The position numbers and the translations under genes are program-made. Under the pieces are notes generated by a model. It ran no database searches. It saw only the letters and a program-made list of their open reading frames with translations, and was not told the DNA's origin. A stretch of 64,000 bases of DNA, taken from the NCBI GenBank assembly GCA_934096105.1, contig CAKOLH010000004.1, positions 2,494-66,493 on the forward strand, given 5' to 3'. Below are positions 29,273 through 39,246 of the stretch, piece by piece (the stretch's first letter is position 1; each line of letters begins with the position of its first letter). Source of the DNA: an uncultured Bacilli bacterium. GTDB taxonomy: Bacteria > Bacillota_I > Bacilli_A > RF39 > UBA660.

Positions 29273-29300
29273 AGAAAGGTATGACTAATATCTTTCTTTT
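29273..29300 (+). terminator. Intrinsic terminator after tmk
   Basis: AGAAAGGTAT/ATATCTTTCT stem with one G-U pair, then TTTT. Confidence 0.7.
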
Positions 29301-29301
29301 A

Positions 29302-29393
29302 ATATATAGTTATGGCTTATATATAATAGATGTTATATTATTAGACTATAGGCTAATAATAACACTTTAATACCTTAGAATTAAAGTGAATAA
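29302..29393 (+). repeat. Dispersed structured intergenic repeat, copy B
   Basis: ...TATGGCTTATATATAATAGATG...TATTATTAG-actatagg-CTAATAATA-ACACTTTAAT-accttaga-ATTAAAGTGAAT. Confidence 0.7.
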
Positions 29394-29444
29394 AATAGTT
29401 GAAAAATAAGATAAAATACTATATAATTAAATTGGTGATATAAA

Positions 29445-30389
29445 TTGATAAATAAAGATATAAAGATAATATTTATGGGTACCCCTTCTTTTGCAGTACC
29501 AATATTAGAAGAATTAATAAATAAATATAATGTAATAATGGTTGTATCACAACCAGATAAAGAAAAAGATAGAAAAGGTAATATAATATACTCTCCTTGT
29601 AAAGAACTAGCTATTAAGAATAATATAGAAGTGTATCAACCTATTAAGATAAGGGAGGAATATCAATATATACTAGATAAGAAACCAGATATTATTATAA
29701 CTGCCGCCTACGGACAAATTATACCAAGTGAAATACTAGACTATCCTAAGTATGGCTGTATTAATGTTCATGGCTCTTTACTTCCCAAGTTAAGAGGGGG
29801 TGCTCCTATCCATCATGCTATAATTAATGGTGATAAAGAAGCAGGAGTAACTATTATGTATATGGATAAGAAGATGGATAGTGGTGATATAATCAGTCAA
29901 AGAAGTATAAATATAGATGATAACATGATATTAGATGATTTATATTATAAATTATCTATATTAGGTAGAGACTTGCTTATGGAAACACTACCAAGTATCT
30001 TAAATGGTACTAATAATAGAATAAAACAAAATGAAGAAGAAGTAACTTTCGGACTAAATATTACTAAAGAGGAAGAACTAATTAACTTTAATGATAGTGT
30101 AAGTAATGTTCATAATAAAATAAGAGGATTATCTAGTATACCAGGAGCTTATGCTATATTAAATAATAAGAGAATGAAAATATATTTATCAGAAAAAACA
30201 AATAATATATCTAAAGAAAAACCTGGTACTATTACTGATATAAATAAAAATGGAATAACAGTTAGTACTAAAGATTATGATATAATACTAAAGAATATCA
30301 AATTAGAAGGAAAGAATAGATGTGATGTAAAAGACTTTGTCAATGGTATAAAGAAAGAAAACTTTATCGGAGGTATATTTAATGAGTAA
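29445..30389 (+). CDS. fmt: Methionyl-tRNA formyltransferase
   Basis: TTG start after GGTGAT. IIFMGTPSFAVP, HGSLLPKLRGGAPI. Confidence 0.92.
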   Translation: MINKDIKIIFMGTPSFAVPILEELINKYNVIMVVSQPDKEKDRKGNIIYSPCKELAIKNNIEVYQPIKIREEYQYILDKKPDIIITAAYGQIIPSEILDYPKYGCINVHGSLLPKLRGGAPIHHAIINGDKEAGVTIMYMDKKMDSGDIISQRSINIDDNMILDDLYYKLSILGRDLLMETLPSILNGTNNRIKQNEEEVTFGLNITKEEELINFNDSVSNVHNKIRGLSSIPGAYAILNNKRMKIYLSEKTNNISKEKPGTITDINKNGITVSTKDYDIILKNIKLEGKNRCDVKDFVNGIKKENFIGGIFNE

Positions 30390-31074
30390 AGAAAAAGAAA
30401 AAGAAGAAGTAAACAAAGAACCTAGTAAATTTGATAAATTAAAAGAAATGTGGAAAGATAAAAAAGGTAGAGCAAAAATTAAACTATGTCTATATCTTAT
30501 TTTCTTCGTAGGAGTAATTATCTTTGCTAGAGTACTTGGTTATCAAAATTCTAAAGCAACTCATAATGGTAATGTAAATAATAATAGTTTTATTTATACT
30601 TTAAAAGATAATTATGAGTATGATATAAATATAGAAAAAGATAATAATAAATATAATTATCACGGAAGAAAACTAGGACTAAATGAAAGTATTAAAGTAA
30701 AAGATGATGATAAAGAAGAATACTATTATGTTATGAATAATAAATATTATTCACTAGATAATAAAGGTAATTATATATTATCCACGAGTGAAGAAGTATT
30801 TCCTTATATAAATTATAAATTTATGAATATTAATTTTATCAAAGAATTAATAGAAAACTCTATCAAAGAAGAAAATATATATAAAGTAAAATTATCTACT
30901 TTAGTACTTAACAATACTTCTGATAATTATATTACAATAGAAATAAATGAAGATACTAAAACTATTACTATAGATTATACAGAACTATTTAAAATAGATG
31001 ACTCTTCTATTAACAAAGTATTAGTTACTATGACATATAGTAATATTAATCAAATACTATCACTTGAAGAATAA
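30382..31074 (+). CDS. Membrane-anchored protein of unknown function
   Basis: Lys-rich N-terminus, one TM helix, Asn/Tyr-rich ectodomain. Overlaps the fmt stop. Confidence 0.6.
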   Translation: MSKEKEKEEVNKEPSKFDKLKEMWKDKKGRAKIKLCLYLIFFVGVIIFARVLGYQNSKATHNGNVNNNSFIYTLKDNYEYDINIEKDNNKYNYHGRKLGLNESIKVKDDDKEEYYYVMNNKYYSLDNKGNYILSTSEEVFPYINYKFMNINFIKELIENSIKEENIYKVKLSTLVLNNTSDNYITIEINEDTKTITIDYTELFKIDDSSINKVLVTMTYSNINQILSLEE

Positions 31075-31099
31075 TTGGATTGTAATATATTATCTACAG

Positions 31100-31149
31100 A
31101 AAGCGGATATTAAGACATTTTATGTCTCCATAGTGGCTATCCGCTTTTT
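31100..31149 (+). terminator. Intrinsic terminator
   Basis: AAAGCGGATA ... TATCCGCTTT 10-bp stem with a large structured loop, then a T-run. Confidence 0.65.
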
Positions 31150-31167
31150 ATTATATTTACAATAAAC

Positions 31168-31272
31168 TATAAATTATGCTTATATATAATAGATATGTAG
31201 ATATATTATTTTGAGACTTAAGGCTCAAAATAACACTAATAAGACTTACAAAGTAAGGCTTATAGTGAACAT
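31168..31272 (+). repeat. Dispersed structured intergenic repeat, copy C
   Basis: ...ATGCTTATATATAATAGATATGTAGATATA-TTATTTTGAG-acttaagg-CTCAAAATAA-CACTAATAAGACTTACaaaGTAAGGCTTATAGTGAACAT. Confidence 0.75.
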
Positions 31273-31338
31273 ATTAAAATAACTTTGGTAGGGTTTACTT
31301 TTCTTTAGTTTTATGCAATAATATATCTAGGTGGTATA

Positions 31339-33621
31339 ATGAAAGAATATATAGTATTAGTACCAAATAATATAAAAAATAAAATAATAGAATTATCCAG
31401 GATAAAATATTTTAACTATAATATCAAATTTATGAGTATAGATACATTTATTAAAAGAGTAACATTTGATTATGATGAAAAAACAATATATAGTTTAATG
31501 AAAGAATATAATTATAACTATAGTACAGCCTTAGTATATTTAGATAATTTATATTATATAAGTAATAAACTAAGTAACAATAAAATGACTAAATTAAAAG
31601 AAATAAAAGATTATTTAGATAGTAACAATCTACTTATATATGATAAATTATTTAAAGAATATGTTAAAGATAAAGAAATATATATATATGGTTATGACTA
31701 TATTAATAAATATTATAAAAGTATTCTAGATAACTATAACTATAAAGTAATAGATTATGAATATAAAAATTATGCTATAAAAGACATATATGAATTTAAT
31801 TATATAGATGATGAAGTCTTATTTGTTATAGATAATATATGTGATCTAATTACTAAGAATATTAATATAAGTGAGATAAAACTAATAATATCTAATGAAT
31901 ATAAAGAACCAATATATAGATTATTTAAAATATATAATATACCAATATCAGTAAAAAATAGAAGCATATATTCTATTAAAGAAGTAAAAAACATATTAAA
32001 TAATTTAAATAATATTAATGAAGAAATAGATAGTATTAATGATACTAGTATTAAAGAAAAGATAGTTAAAGTAATTAATAAATATAGTTTTATTGATAAT
32101 AAAGAAGAAGTAAAAGAATTAATTGTTAATGACTTAAAAAATACTTACTTAAATGAAGATAATACCGGTATTAAAATAGTTAGTATTAATGATTATTTTG
32201 ATGATGATGACTATGTATTTTATTTAGGATATAATAAAGAAAATATTGTATTATATAAAGATGATGAATATTTTAATGATAAAGAAAAAGTTATATTAGG
32301 ATATGATACTAGTATAGAATTAAATATAAATAAAAAGATTGAAATAATAAAGAAAATTAATAATATAAAGAATCTTACTATTAGTTATAAACTATTTGAT
32401 AATAGTGGTAATTATACTAGATGTGATCTAATTAATGATATAGATATTATAGATAATTATAAAACTAAATATACTAATTCTAATATGATGAATAAAATTT
32501 TCTTAGCTATGAAATTAGATAATTTAGTTAAATATAATATAAAAGATAAAGATATAGATTTACTATCCTCTAATTACGATATACCATATATGCAGTATGA
32601 TAATAAATATCATAGTATAGATAAAGATAAACTATATAAATATTTAAATAATAAACTATTACTTTCTTATACAGCATTAGATAATTATTATAAATGTAAG
32701 TTTAAGTATTATTTAAATAATATATTAAAAATAAATATTATTAAAGATGATTTTGCTATATTAATAGGTAATGTCTGCCACTACGAACTATTACATATGG
32801 ATGATATAGATTTTAATTTTAGTAATGTCTTTGATGAATACATTAGTAATGAAAGAGAGTTTAGTAAAAGAGAATTATTCTTTCTTAGTAATATTAAAGA
32901 AGAATTAGAATTTGTTATAACTACCATAAGAAAACAATATACTTATAGTACTTTTGATAAGAATATGAAAGAAAAAGAAGTCTATGTAAATAAAGATAAA
33001 AATATTAAAGTTACCTTTATGGGTAAGATAGATAAAGTACTATATAAAGAAGAAGATGATATTACATATCTTGTAGTAGTTGATTATAAGACAGGAAGCA
33101 CTAATATTAATCTTAAGAATATGGAATATGGACTTGGATTACAACTACCAATATATTTATATTTATCTAGTAAGATGGAACTTAAAGATGTTAAAGTAGT
33201 AGGTTTTTATCTTCAGAAACTATTTAATACTACTTTAGATAATAGTAAAGACTATGATACTGAAAGAGAAAATAACTTAAGACTTGAAGGTTATTCTATA
33301 GATGAAGAAAATATATTATCTAAATTTGATACTACTTATAATGATTCTAAGTTAATTAAGGGTATGAAGACTACGAGTAAGGGATTTAGTTCTTATAGTA
33401 AGGTACTTTCTGAAGAAGAGATAGATGATATGCTAGATAATACTGATAAGTTAATTGATAAAGCAATAGATAATATATTAGAGGCTGACTTTGAAATTAA
33501 TCCAAAGGTAATAAATGGTGAAAATGTAAGCTGTAGTTTTTGTGAATATAGAGATATCTGCTACTTAAGAGAGAAAGATAAAGTATATATTAATAAGGAG
33601 AGTGAAGATAATGGGGACTAA
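31339..33621 (+). CDS. addB: Helicase-nuclease AddAB/RexAB subunit B (short form with no Walker A)
   Basis: C-terminal RecB-type nuclease (VVVDYKTG) and Fe-S cysteines (...CHYE..., CSFCEYRDIC). Partner addA lies downstream. Confidence 0.8.
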   Translation: MKEYIVLVPNNIKNKIIELSRIKYFNYNIKFMSIDTFIKRVTFDYDEKTIYSLMKEYNYNYSTALVYLDNLYYISNKLSNNKMTKLKEIKDYLDSNNLLIYDKLFKEYVKDKEIYIYGYDYINKYYKSILDNYNYKVIDYEYKNYAIKDIYEFNYIDDEVLFVIDNICDLITKNINISEIKLIISNEYKEPIYRLFKIYNIPISVKNRSIYSIKEVKNILNNLNNINEEIDSINDTSIKEKIVKVINKYSFIDNKEEVKELIVNDLKNTYLNEDNTGIKIVSINDYFDDDDYVFYLGYNKENIVLYKDDEYFNDKEKVILGYDTSIELNINKKIEIIKKINNIKNLTISYKLFDNSGNYTRCDLINDIDIIDNYKTKYTNSNMMNKIFLAMKLDNLVKYNIKDKDIDLLSSNYDIPYMQYDNKYHSIDKDKLYKYLNNKLLLSYTALDNYYKCKFKYYLNNILKINIIKDDFAILIGNVCHYELLHMDDIDFNFSNVFDEYISNEREFSKRELFFLSNIKEELEFVITTIRKQYTYSTFDKNMKEKEVYVNKDKNIKVTFMGKIDKVLYKEEDDITYLVVVDYKTGSTNINLKNMEYGLGLQLPIYLYLSSKMELKDVKVVGFYLQKLFNTTLDNSKDYDTERENNLRLEGYSIDEENILSKFDTTYNDSKLIKGMKTTSKGFSSYSKVLSEEEIDDMLDNTDKLIDKAIDNILEADFEINPKVINGENVSCSFCEYRDICYLREKDKVYINKESEDNGD

Positions 33622-33952
33622 ACCTGTTCTATATATGCCTAGATATTACTGCACGATAATGGAAAGACATTTAAATAGTGAAGATACTATTTATAAAGAA
33701 AATGCTATAGTACAATATAATGATGTAGATAATGAATATTTTTATCCAGGAGATAAAGATAATGGCTATGAAAATATGAGAAATTATGTTATGTGGTTTT
33801 ATAATCTTTTAGATGGTATAGAAGATGAAGAACTTGATAGGAAAGTAAAAAAATATTTCTTAAAAGGAAATATTCCAGATACTGATGGTACTTTATATGT
33901 AGATGAGGGTACTCTAATAAAGGTGAATGATCATGGAATTAGCCGCAAATAA
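33602..33952 (+). CDS. Hypothetical protein inserted between addB and addA
   Basis: ORF overlapping the addB 3' end by 20 nt. No recognisable motif. Confidence 0.45.
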   Translation: MKIMGTKPVLYMPRYYCTIMERHLNSEDTIYKENAIVQYNDVDNEYFYPGDKDNGYENMRNYVMWFYNLLDGIEDEELDRKVKKYFLKGNIPDTDGTLYVDEGTLIKVNDHGISRK

Positions 33953-34649
33953 AGAGTTGTATCAGGTATATGCTTCAAGCTGTTTTGATAAAATAATGCC
34001 AGAATTATCTGCTTACTTAGATAAGGGTATTATAAGTGTTATGAATTTCTTTGACTTAGAACATATAAGTAAACTAAAGATATATTTATATGATGACGCT
34101 GAAGAGTATCAAAAGTTATTTAAAGCACTATATCCTCCAAATGGGATTGCAGGCTGTTTTGGATATGAAGATGTTAAAATATATGCTGATTTAAACAAAA
34201 TAGAAAGATATAGACTATTTACCTGTATACTTCATGAACTTACTCATGTAGTTTATAGAAACTACATTCAAGAAAAAGGAATAAATAACCGAATAGTATG
34301 GTTTGATGAAGGACTAGCTAGTTTTCTATCAGGAGAGAAAAATGCTCTTCTTGATAATGATAAGTTAAAAGAGTTTGTTGAGACAAGAATTAATAGTGAA
34401 GGAAAAGAAATACCAAAGATATCTTATCTGCATAAACATGGTGCTAATTATGGCGAGTTTGTAGATACTAAAACTAATAAATATAATGGCTATGACTGGT
34501 CTTATTTAATGATAAGATATTTAATAGAAACACTAAGTAAGAAAGAACTTAATGAGTTAATGAGAAGCAAACAAAATATTTTAGATATAGAAGATACTAT
34601 AACTAATGATACTTATAATTATTTTACTAAGAAAGTAAAAACAAAGTAG
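33927..34649 (+). CDS. Gluzincin-like metallopeptidase (Peptidase_MA-like; HExxH + E)
   Basis: ILHELTHVVY followed about 20 aa later by VWFDEGLASF, which resembles the M1-type WxNEGxA third-ligand motif. Confidence 0.6.
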   Translation: MIMELAANKELYQVYASSCFDKIMPELSAYLDKGIISVMNFFDLEHISKLKIYLYDDAEEYQKLFKALYPPNGIAGCFGYEDVKIYADLNKIERYRLFTCILHELTHVVYRNYIQEKGINNRIVWFDEGLASFLSGEKNALLDNDKLKEFVETRINSEGKEIPKISYLHKHGANYGEFVDTKTNKYNGYDWSYLMIRYLIETLSKKELNELMRSKQNILDIEDTITNDTYNYFTKKVKTK

Positions 34650-34658
34650 GAGGGTTTT

Positions 34659-34967
34659 ATGAATACTTATATTTTTGATAATAATCAAGATAAAATTAAT
34701 GAAAAAATTCAAATGATTTTTGTAGGAGAGGATACTATATTTGATAAAGAAATTGGTAATATGTATAACTTATATGATTACTTTAGAGATAATAGTTTTA
34801 ATAGTGATAAAATATTATTTTGTAACTTTACTGGTAATCAATTAGAAAAACTTATCATTTATATTTCTAAGTATAAATGTATAGATACTATTCTTGGTTA
34901 TAATAGTATGATTATCAGTAATAAAAAGAAAATAAGAGGTTTAAATTATGCCAAAATGGACAGATGA
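34659..34967 (+). CDS. Hypothetical protein; its 3' end overlaps the addA start
   Basis: 102-aa ORF overlapping the addA ATG by 20 nt. Confidence 0.45.
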   Translation: MNTYIFDNNQDKINEKIQMIFVGEDTIFDKEIGNMYNLYDYFRDNSFNSDKILFCNFTGNQLEKLIIYISKYKCIDTILGYNSMIISNKKKIRGLNYAKMDR

Positions 34968-37900
34968 GCAAAAAGAGGCTATATATAAAGAAGGGACTAA
35001 TATTATTGTATCTGCGGGAGCAGGATCTGGTAAAACAGCTGTTCTAACTGAAAGAGTATTAGAAAAAGTAAAAGGCGGTATTTCAGTAGACAACCTACTT
35101 ATACTAACCTTTACTAAAATGGCCGCTAAAGAGATGCGTGAAAGAATAGGAGAAAAGTTAAAAGAGAATGGTTTTACTAAAGAATTATCTAAACTAGATA
35201 CTGCTGATATAACAACATTTGATGCCTATGCTTTATCACTAGTTAAAAAATATCACTACTATTTAAATCTATCTAAAGATATTAATATTATAGATGCTTC
35301 AGTAATAGGACTATATAAAGAAAAGATGCTTAAAGATATCTTTGAAGAGTTATATACTAGTGAAGACTCTAAGTTTTTAAATCTAATTAAAGAATATGCT
35401 TTAAAAGATGATAAAGAAATATTTAATTTTATTTTAAATATTAATAATAAATTAGATTTAAAAACTAATAAGAGAGAATATTTAGATAGTTATATAAATG
35501 TTAAATATAATGAAGAAAATATAGATAAAGATATAGATAACTATATCAAAGTAATATTAGATTTAATTAATAATATTAGAGATTATTTAGAATATATAGA
35601 TGATAGTGATTATTTTGATAAGATTTATAAAGTACTTAGTCCTTTGTTATCTTCAGGTAATTATGATGATATTAAACTTAATATAGAAGTTAAACTTCCT
35701 ATAGCTAAGGGAGTATCAGATACCACTAAAGAATATAAAGATAAAATATCTAATACTATTAAAGAAATAAAAAAATTAGTCATATATGATAATTATGATA
35801 GTATAAAGAGTGGTATATTAAAGACTAAAGATTATGTAGAAGAAATAATATCTATAATAAAAGAATTAGATAAAAGAGTATCAGAATATAAAAGTAAATA
35901 TAATTACTTTGAATATGGTGATATATCTTCTTATGCAATAGAACTTGTAAAAAATAATACTGAGATAAGAGAAGAAATTAAGAATAATTTAAATGAAATA
36001 ATGATTGATGAATATCAAGATACTAATGATGTTCAAGAAGAATTTATTTCATATATATCTAATAATAATGTCTATATGGTTGGAGATATTAAACAGTCTA
36101 TATATAGATTTAGAAATGCTAATCCATATATATTTAAAAATAAATATGATTCATATAGTAAGAATATTAATGGTATTAAGATAGATCTAAATAAAAACTT
36201 TAGAAGTAGAGAAGAAGTTATTAATAATATTAATTTAATGTTTGATAGAATAATGGATGATACTATTGGAGGCGCCTCATATAGAGTAAGTCATAGAATG
36301 GTATATGGTAATCCTATGTATCAAGGTGATGGTGATAGTGGGGTAAATAATAACTTTGAAGTATATAGTTATCTTAATGAGACAATATTTAAAAAAGATG
36401 AAGTAGAAGCCTTTATAATAGCTAGTGATATTAAAAATAAAATTACTAATGGTTATCCAATCTTTGGTAAAGATACTAAAGGCATTAGAAAGGCTAAGTA
36501 TAGTGATTTTGCTATCTTACTTGACAGTAGTAAATCATTTGAACTATTTAAAAAGATTTTAGAATATAATGATATTCCTACGAGTATTGTAAAGTCAGTT
36601 AATTTAACTGATGGTGAAGTAATTACTATAATAAAGAATATAATTAGTTTTATTATAAAGATTAAAGATAATGTTATCGATAATGAATTTAAAAAATTAT
36701 TTATATCAATAGCTAGAAGTTTTCTCTTTAATTTAGATGATAATATAATATTTGATTATTTTCTAAATAATAATTTTAAAGATAGTGATATTTATAAGAT
36801 TAGTTATAGTATTACTAAGAATTTAGATACAATTAGTTTAGATGAAATAATTAATATAATTATTGATAAATATGATTTTTATAATAAGTTATTTTTACTT
36901 GGAGATTATTCTTCAAATATTCTTAGAATAGATAAACTAAAAGAAATTACTAGTAATCTAACTAATTTAGATTATGATATATATAAATATAGTGAGTATT
37001 TAGGAAATATTATAGAAAGTGGCATGAAGATAGAATATAATGTTACAGAAAGTAGTAATAATACAGTAAAAATTATGACTATTCATGCTTCAAAAGGACT
37101 AGAATTTAATGTCTGCTACTACGGGGGACTATATAGTAAATTCAATATTAGGGAAGCTATAAGTAAATTTAGTTATGATGATAAATATGGTATTATTATC
37201 CCTTATAAAGATAAATTCTTATATAGTACTATTTATCATAATTTAAGTTATAGAAACTATGTATTAGAAAATATTAGTGAAAGAATAAGACTCTTCTATG
37301 TAGCTTTAACTAGGGCTAAAGAAAAAATGATATTTATATTACCAGAGAATACTAAAGAAGTTAGTTATATTAATGATATTATTGATGATAGTATCAGATC
37401 AAAATATAATAGTTTTGCTAGTATTATGTATTCATTAGAATCTATTACTAAGAGTTATTATAAAAATATTGATATTAATAGTATAGGTTTATCTAAAAAT
37501 TATAATTTAGTTAAGAATGATAATTATAATAAATTACTTAGTAGAGTAGAAGATAAACTAGACGTCCAAGATATTAATATAGATATTCAAAAAGAAAAAG
37601 AAAAATCTTTTTCTAAGAAGAATATTCATATTACTTCAAAAGAAGAACAGAGTAGACTTGACTATGGTAAGAAAGTACATGAATTATTTGAGTTAACAGA
37701 CTTTCATGATATTAGTAATTTAACTGGTAAGAATAAAGAAATAATAGCTAATTTCTTAGATAAAGTTAATATAGAGAATGCAGATATATATAAAGAATAT
37801 GAATTTATATATGAAGAAGATAATACTACTTATCATGGTATTATAGATTTAATGTTAGTATATAAAGATAATATTAAAATAATAGATTATAAATTAAAGA

Positions 37901-38025
37901 ATATTAGTGATGAAGCATATTTAAAACAATTGAATGGTTATAAAGAATACATAGAGAAAAGATTTAATAAACCTGCAGCTATTTATTTATATTCAGTTAT
38001 TAATAATACTTTAGAAAAATTATAA
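34948..38025 (+). CDS. addA: ATP-dependent helicase/nuclease AddA/RexA (UvrD/PcrA superfamily 1)
   Basis: Walker A SAGAGSGKTAVL, DEYQDTN, VGDIKQSIYRFR, TIHASKGLEF and a C-terminal nuclease motif GIIDLM...IIDYK. Confidence 0.92.
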   Translation: MPKWTDEQKEAIYKEGTNIIVSAGAGSGKTAVLTERVLEKVKGGISVDNLLILTFTKMAAKEMRERIGEKLKENGFTKELSKLDTADITTFDAYALSLVKKYHYYLNLSKDINIIDASVIGLYKEKMLKDIFEELYTSEDSKFLNLIKEYALKDDKEIFNFILNINNKLDLKTNKREYLDSYINVKYNEENIDKDIDNYIKVILDLINNIRDYLEYIDDSDYFDKIYKVLSPLLSSGNYDDIKLNIEVKLPIAKGVSDTTKEYKDKISNTIKEIKKLVIYDNYDSIKSGILKTKDYVEEIISIIKELDKRVSEYKSKYNYFEYGDISSYAIELVKNNTEIREEIKNNLNEIMIDEYQDTNDVQEEFISYISNNNVYMVGDIKQSIYRFRNANPYIFKNKYDSYSKNINGIKIDLNKNFRSREEVINNINLMFDRIMDDTIGGASYRVSHRMVYGNPMYQGDGDSGVNNNFEVYSYLNETIFKKDEVEAFIIASDIKNKITNGYPIFGKDTKGIRKAKYSDFAILLDSSKSFELFKKILEYNDIPTSIVKSVNLTDGEVITIIKNIISFIIKIKDNVIDNEFKKLFISIARSFLFNLDDNIIFDYFLNNNFKDSDIYKISYSITKNLDTISLDEIINIIIDKYDFYNKLFLLGDYSSNILRIDKLKEITSNLTNLDYDIYKYSEYLGNIIESGMKIEYNVTESSNNTVKIMTIHASKGLEFNVCYYGGLYSKFNIREAISKFSYDDKYGIIIPYKDKFLYSTIYHNLSYRNYVLENISERIRLFYVALTRAKEKMIFILPENTKEVSYINDIIDDSIRSKYNSFASIMYSLESITKSYYKNIDINSIGLSKNYNLVKNDNYNKLLSRVEDKLDVQDINIDIQKEKEKSFSKKNIHITSKEEQSRLDYGKKVHELFELTDFHDISNLTGKNKEIIANFLDKVNIENADIYKEYEFIYEEDNTTYHGIIDLMLVYKDNIKIIDYKLKNISDEAYLKQLNGYKEYIEKRFNKPAAIYLYSVINNTLEKL

Positions 38026-38075
38026 AAAATATTTCTATATAATATGACTTATGTTATAATTATATAGAAAGTATT

Positions 38076-38149
38076 GCCAAATTAGTTTAGTGGTAGAACA
38101 AGGCCCTCGTAATGCCTAGAGGTAAGTTCGATTCTTACATTTGGCACCA
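38076..38149 (+). tRNA. tRNA-Thr (anticodon CGU) with encoded CCA
   Basis: Hand-folded cloverleaf. Acceptor GCCAAAT/ATTTGGC, D arm GTTT-AGTGGTA-GAAC, anticodon arm AGGCC-CTCGTAA-TGCCT, T arm GTAAG-TTCGATT-CTTAC, then ACCA. Confidence 0.85.
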
Positions 38150-38167
38150 TTTATTATAAGGAGCTTT

Positions 38168-38530
38168 ATGAAAAATAAATATTTTATAAAAAACATAATT
38201 CAGATGATTGTACTTTTATTGGTAATTTCTATTTTAAGTTATGTTTTGATTATGACTAGTGATTTATTAACCAAAGTAATGGTGGCAATATTTCTAACCT
38301 TTATAATTAATCAGTTTTTAATGAATTTATTTTTTATTCTAAATAAAAATAACATAATAGTACTATTTAGGGAAATTAATTTAATATTATTCTTTGTTTA
38401 TTGGTTCGGCTTTTTGTTTTATTGGAATTATATTAATATTAATAAGCATGAATATATGTCAGTATTATTCTCAATACCATTTTCATTCATGGGAATATTT
38501 GCGCTTTATAAAGAATTTAAAAGAAAATGA
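38168..38530 (+). CDS. Small multi-pass membrane protein
   Basis: ATG at 38168 after AAGGAG. The track start at 38141 lies inside the tRNA. Three to four hydrophobic segments. Confidence 0.6.
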   Translation: MKNKYFIKNIIQMIVLLLVISILSYVLIMTSDLLTKVMVAIFLTFIINQFLMNLFFILNKNNIIVLFREINLILFFVYWFGFLFYWNYININKHEYMSVLFSIPFSFMGIFALYKEFKRK

Positions 38531-38544
38531 AAAGGAGACTATAT

Positions 38545-39219
38545 ATGAAAAAAATATTAATAATATTATTTGGAATATTATTTTTGTGTGGCTGCAACTA
38601 CGATAAACAGGTAGAACCTATTAAAGATAATATAACTAATGATAACGAAGAAGAAATAAAAGAAGAGTATAAGGACGATAACCCTATAAAAGTAGGTTTA
38701 TTTCTCGCAGAAGATAGTAATTATCATAATAAAAACAAATTAGTGGATACTTATTATACTGATTTTATTAATGGAATAGATATTGGTTCGTTTGAAGTAT
38801 TTTTTACTGATGATAATGTTATTGATGGTAATAGGTTTAAAGATACATGGAAGAAATATTATGATATGTATGATAATATTGATGATTATAAAATTGGATT
38901 TAATATTAAATTTATATTAAAAGATGGTACTAATTATAATGGTAATTTCTTAGAACCTGATGAATATAAATTTGGTGATTATTTCTATGTTTATTTATAT
39001 GATGATGTTAATCAGGCTGATGGGGCATTTTATAGTCATTTAGAAGAAATGAATGATAATACTAAGATTACTTCAATTAAGATATATGCTGTCGGTGGTA
39101 TAGATAAAGTAGAAAACTTTATACTTACAGTATTTACCTATAAGGATAGTAATGATTTTGATGCTGATGGCAATTATAGAGGCAATTCTATATATGGTAT
39201 AAGAATAAAAAGAAAATAG
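38545..39219 (+). CDS. Lipoprotein of unknown function
   Basis: MKKILIILFGILFLCGC lipobox. Confidence 0.7.
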   Translation: MKKILIILFGILFLCGCNYDKQVEPIKDNITNDNEEEIKEEYKDDNPIKVGLFLAEDSNYHNKNKLVDTYYTDFINGIDIGSFEVFFTDDNVIDGNRFKDTWKKYYDMYDNIDDYKIGFNIKFILKDGTNYNGNFLEPDEYKFGDYFYVYLYDDVNQADGAFYSHLEEMNDNTKITSIKIYAVGGIDKVENFILTVFTYKDSNDFDADGNYRGNSIYGIRIKRK

Positions 39220-39246
39220 ATAAGAATTAAATTCTTATCTATTTTT
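39218..39246. terminator. Bidirectional terminator between convergent genes
   Basis: AGATAAGAAT-taa-ATTCTTATCT, a perfect 10-bp stem flanked by A/T runs. Confidence 0.75.

Noticed and set aside
38394-38606. 70-aa + strand ORF overlapping two membrane or lipoprotein genes
   Set aside because: It is an alternative frame of 38168-38530 and 38545-39219. Both of those have an RBS and sensible membrane or lipobox features, and this ORF has none.
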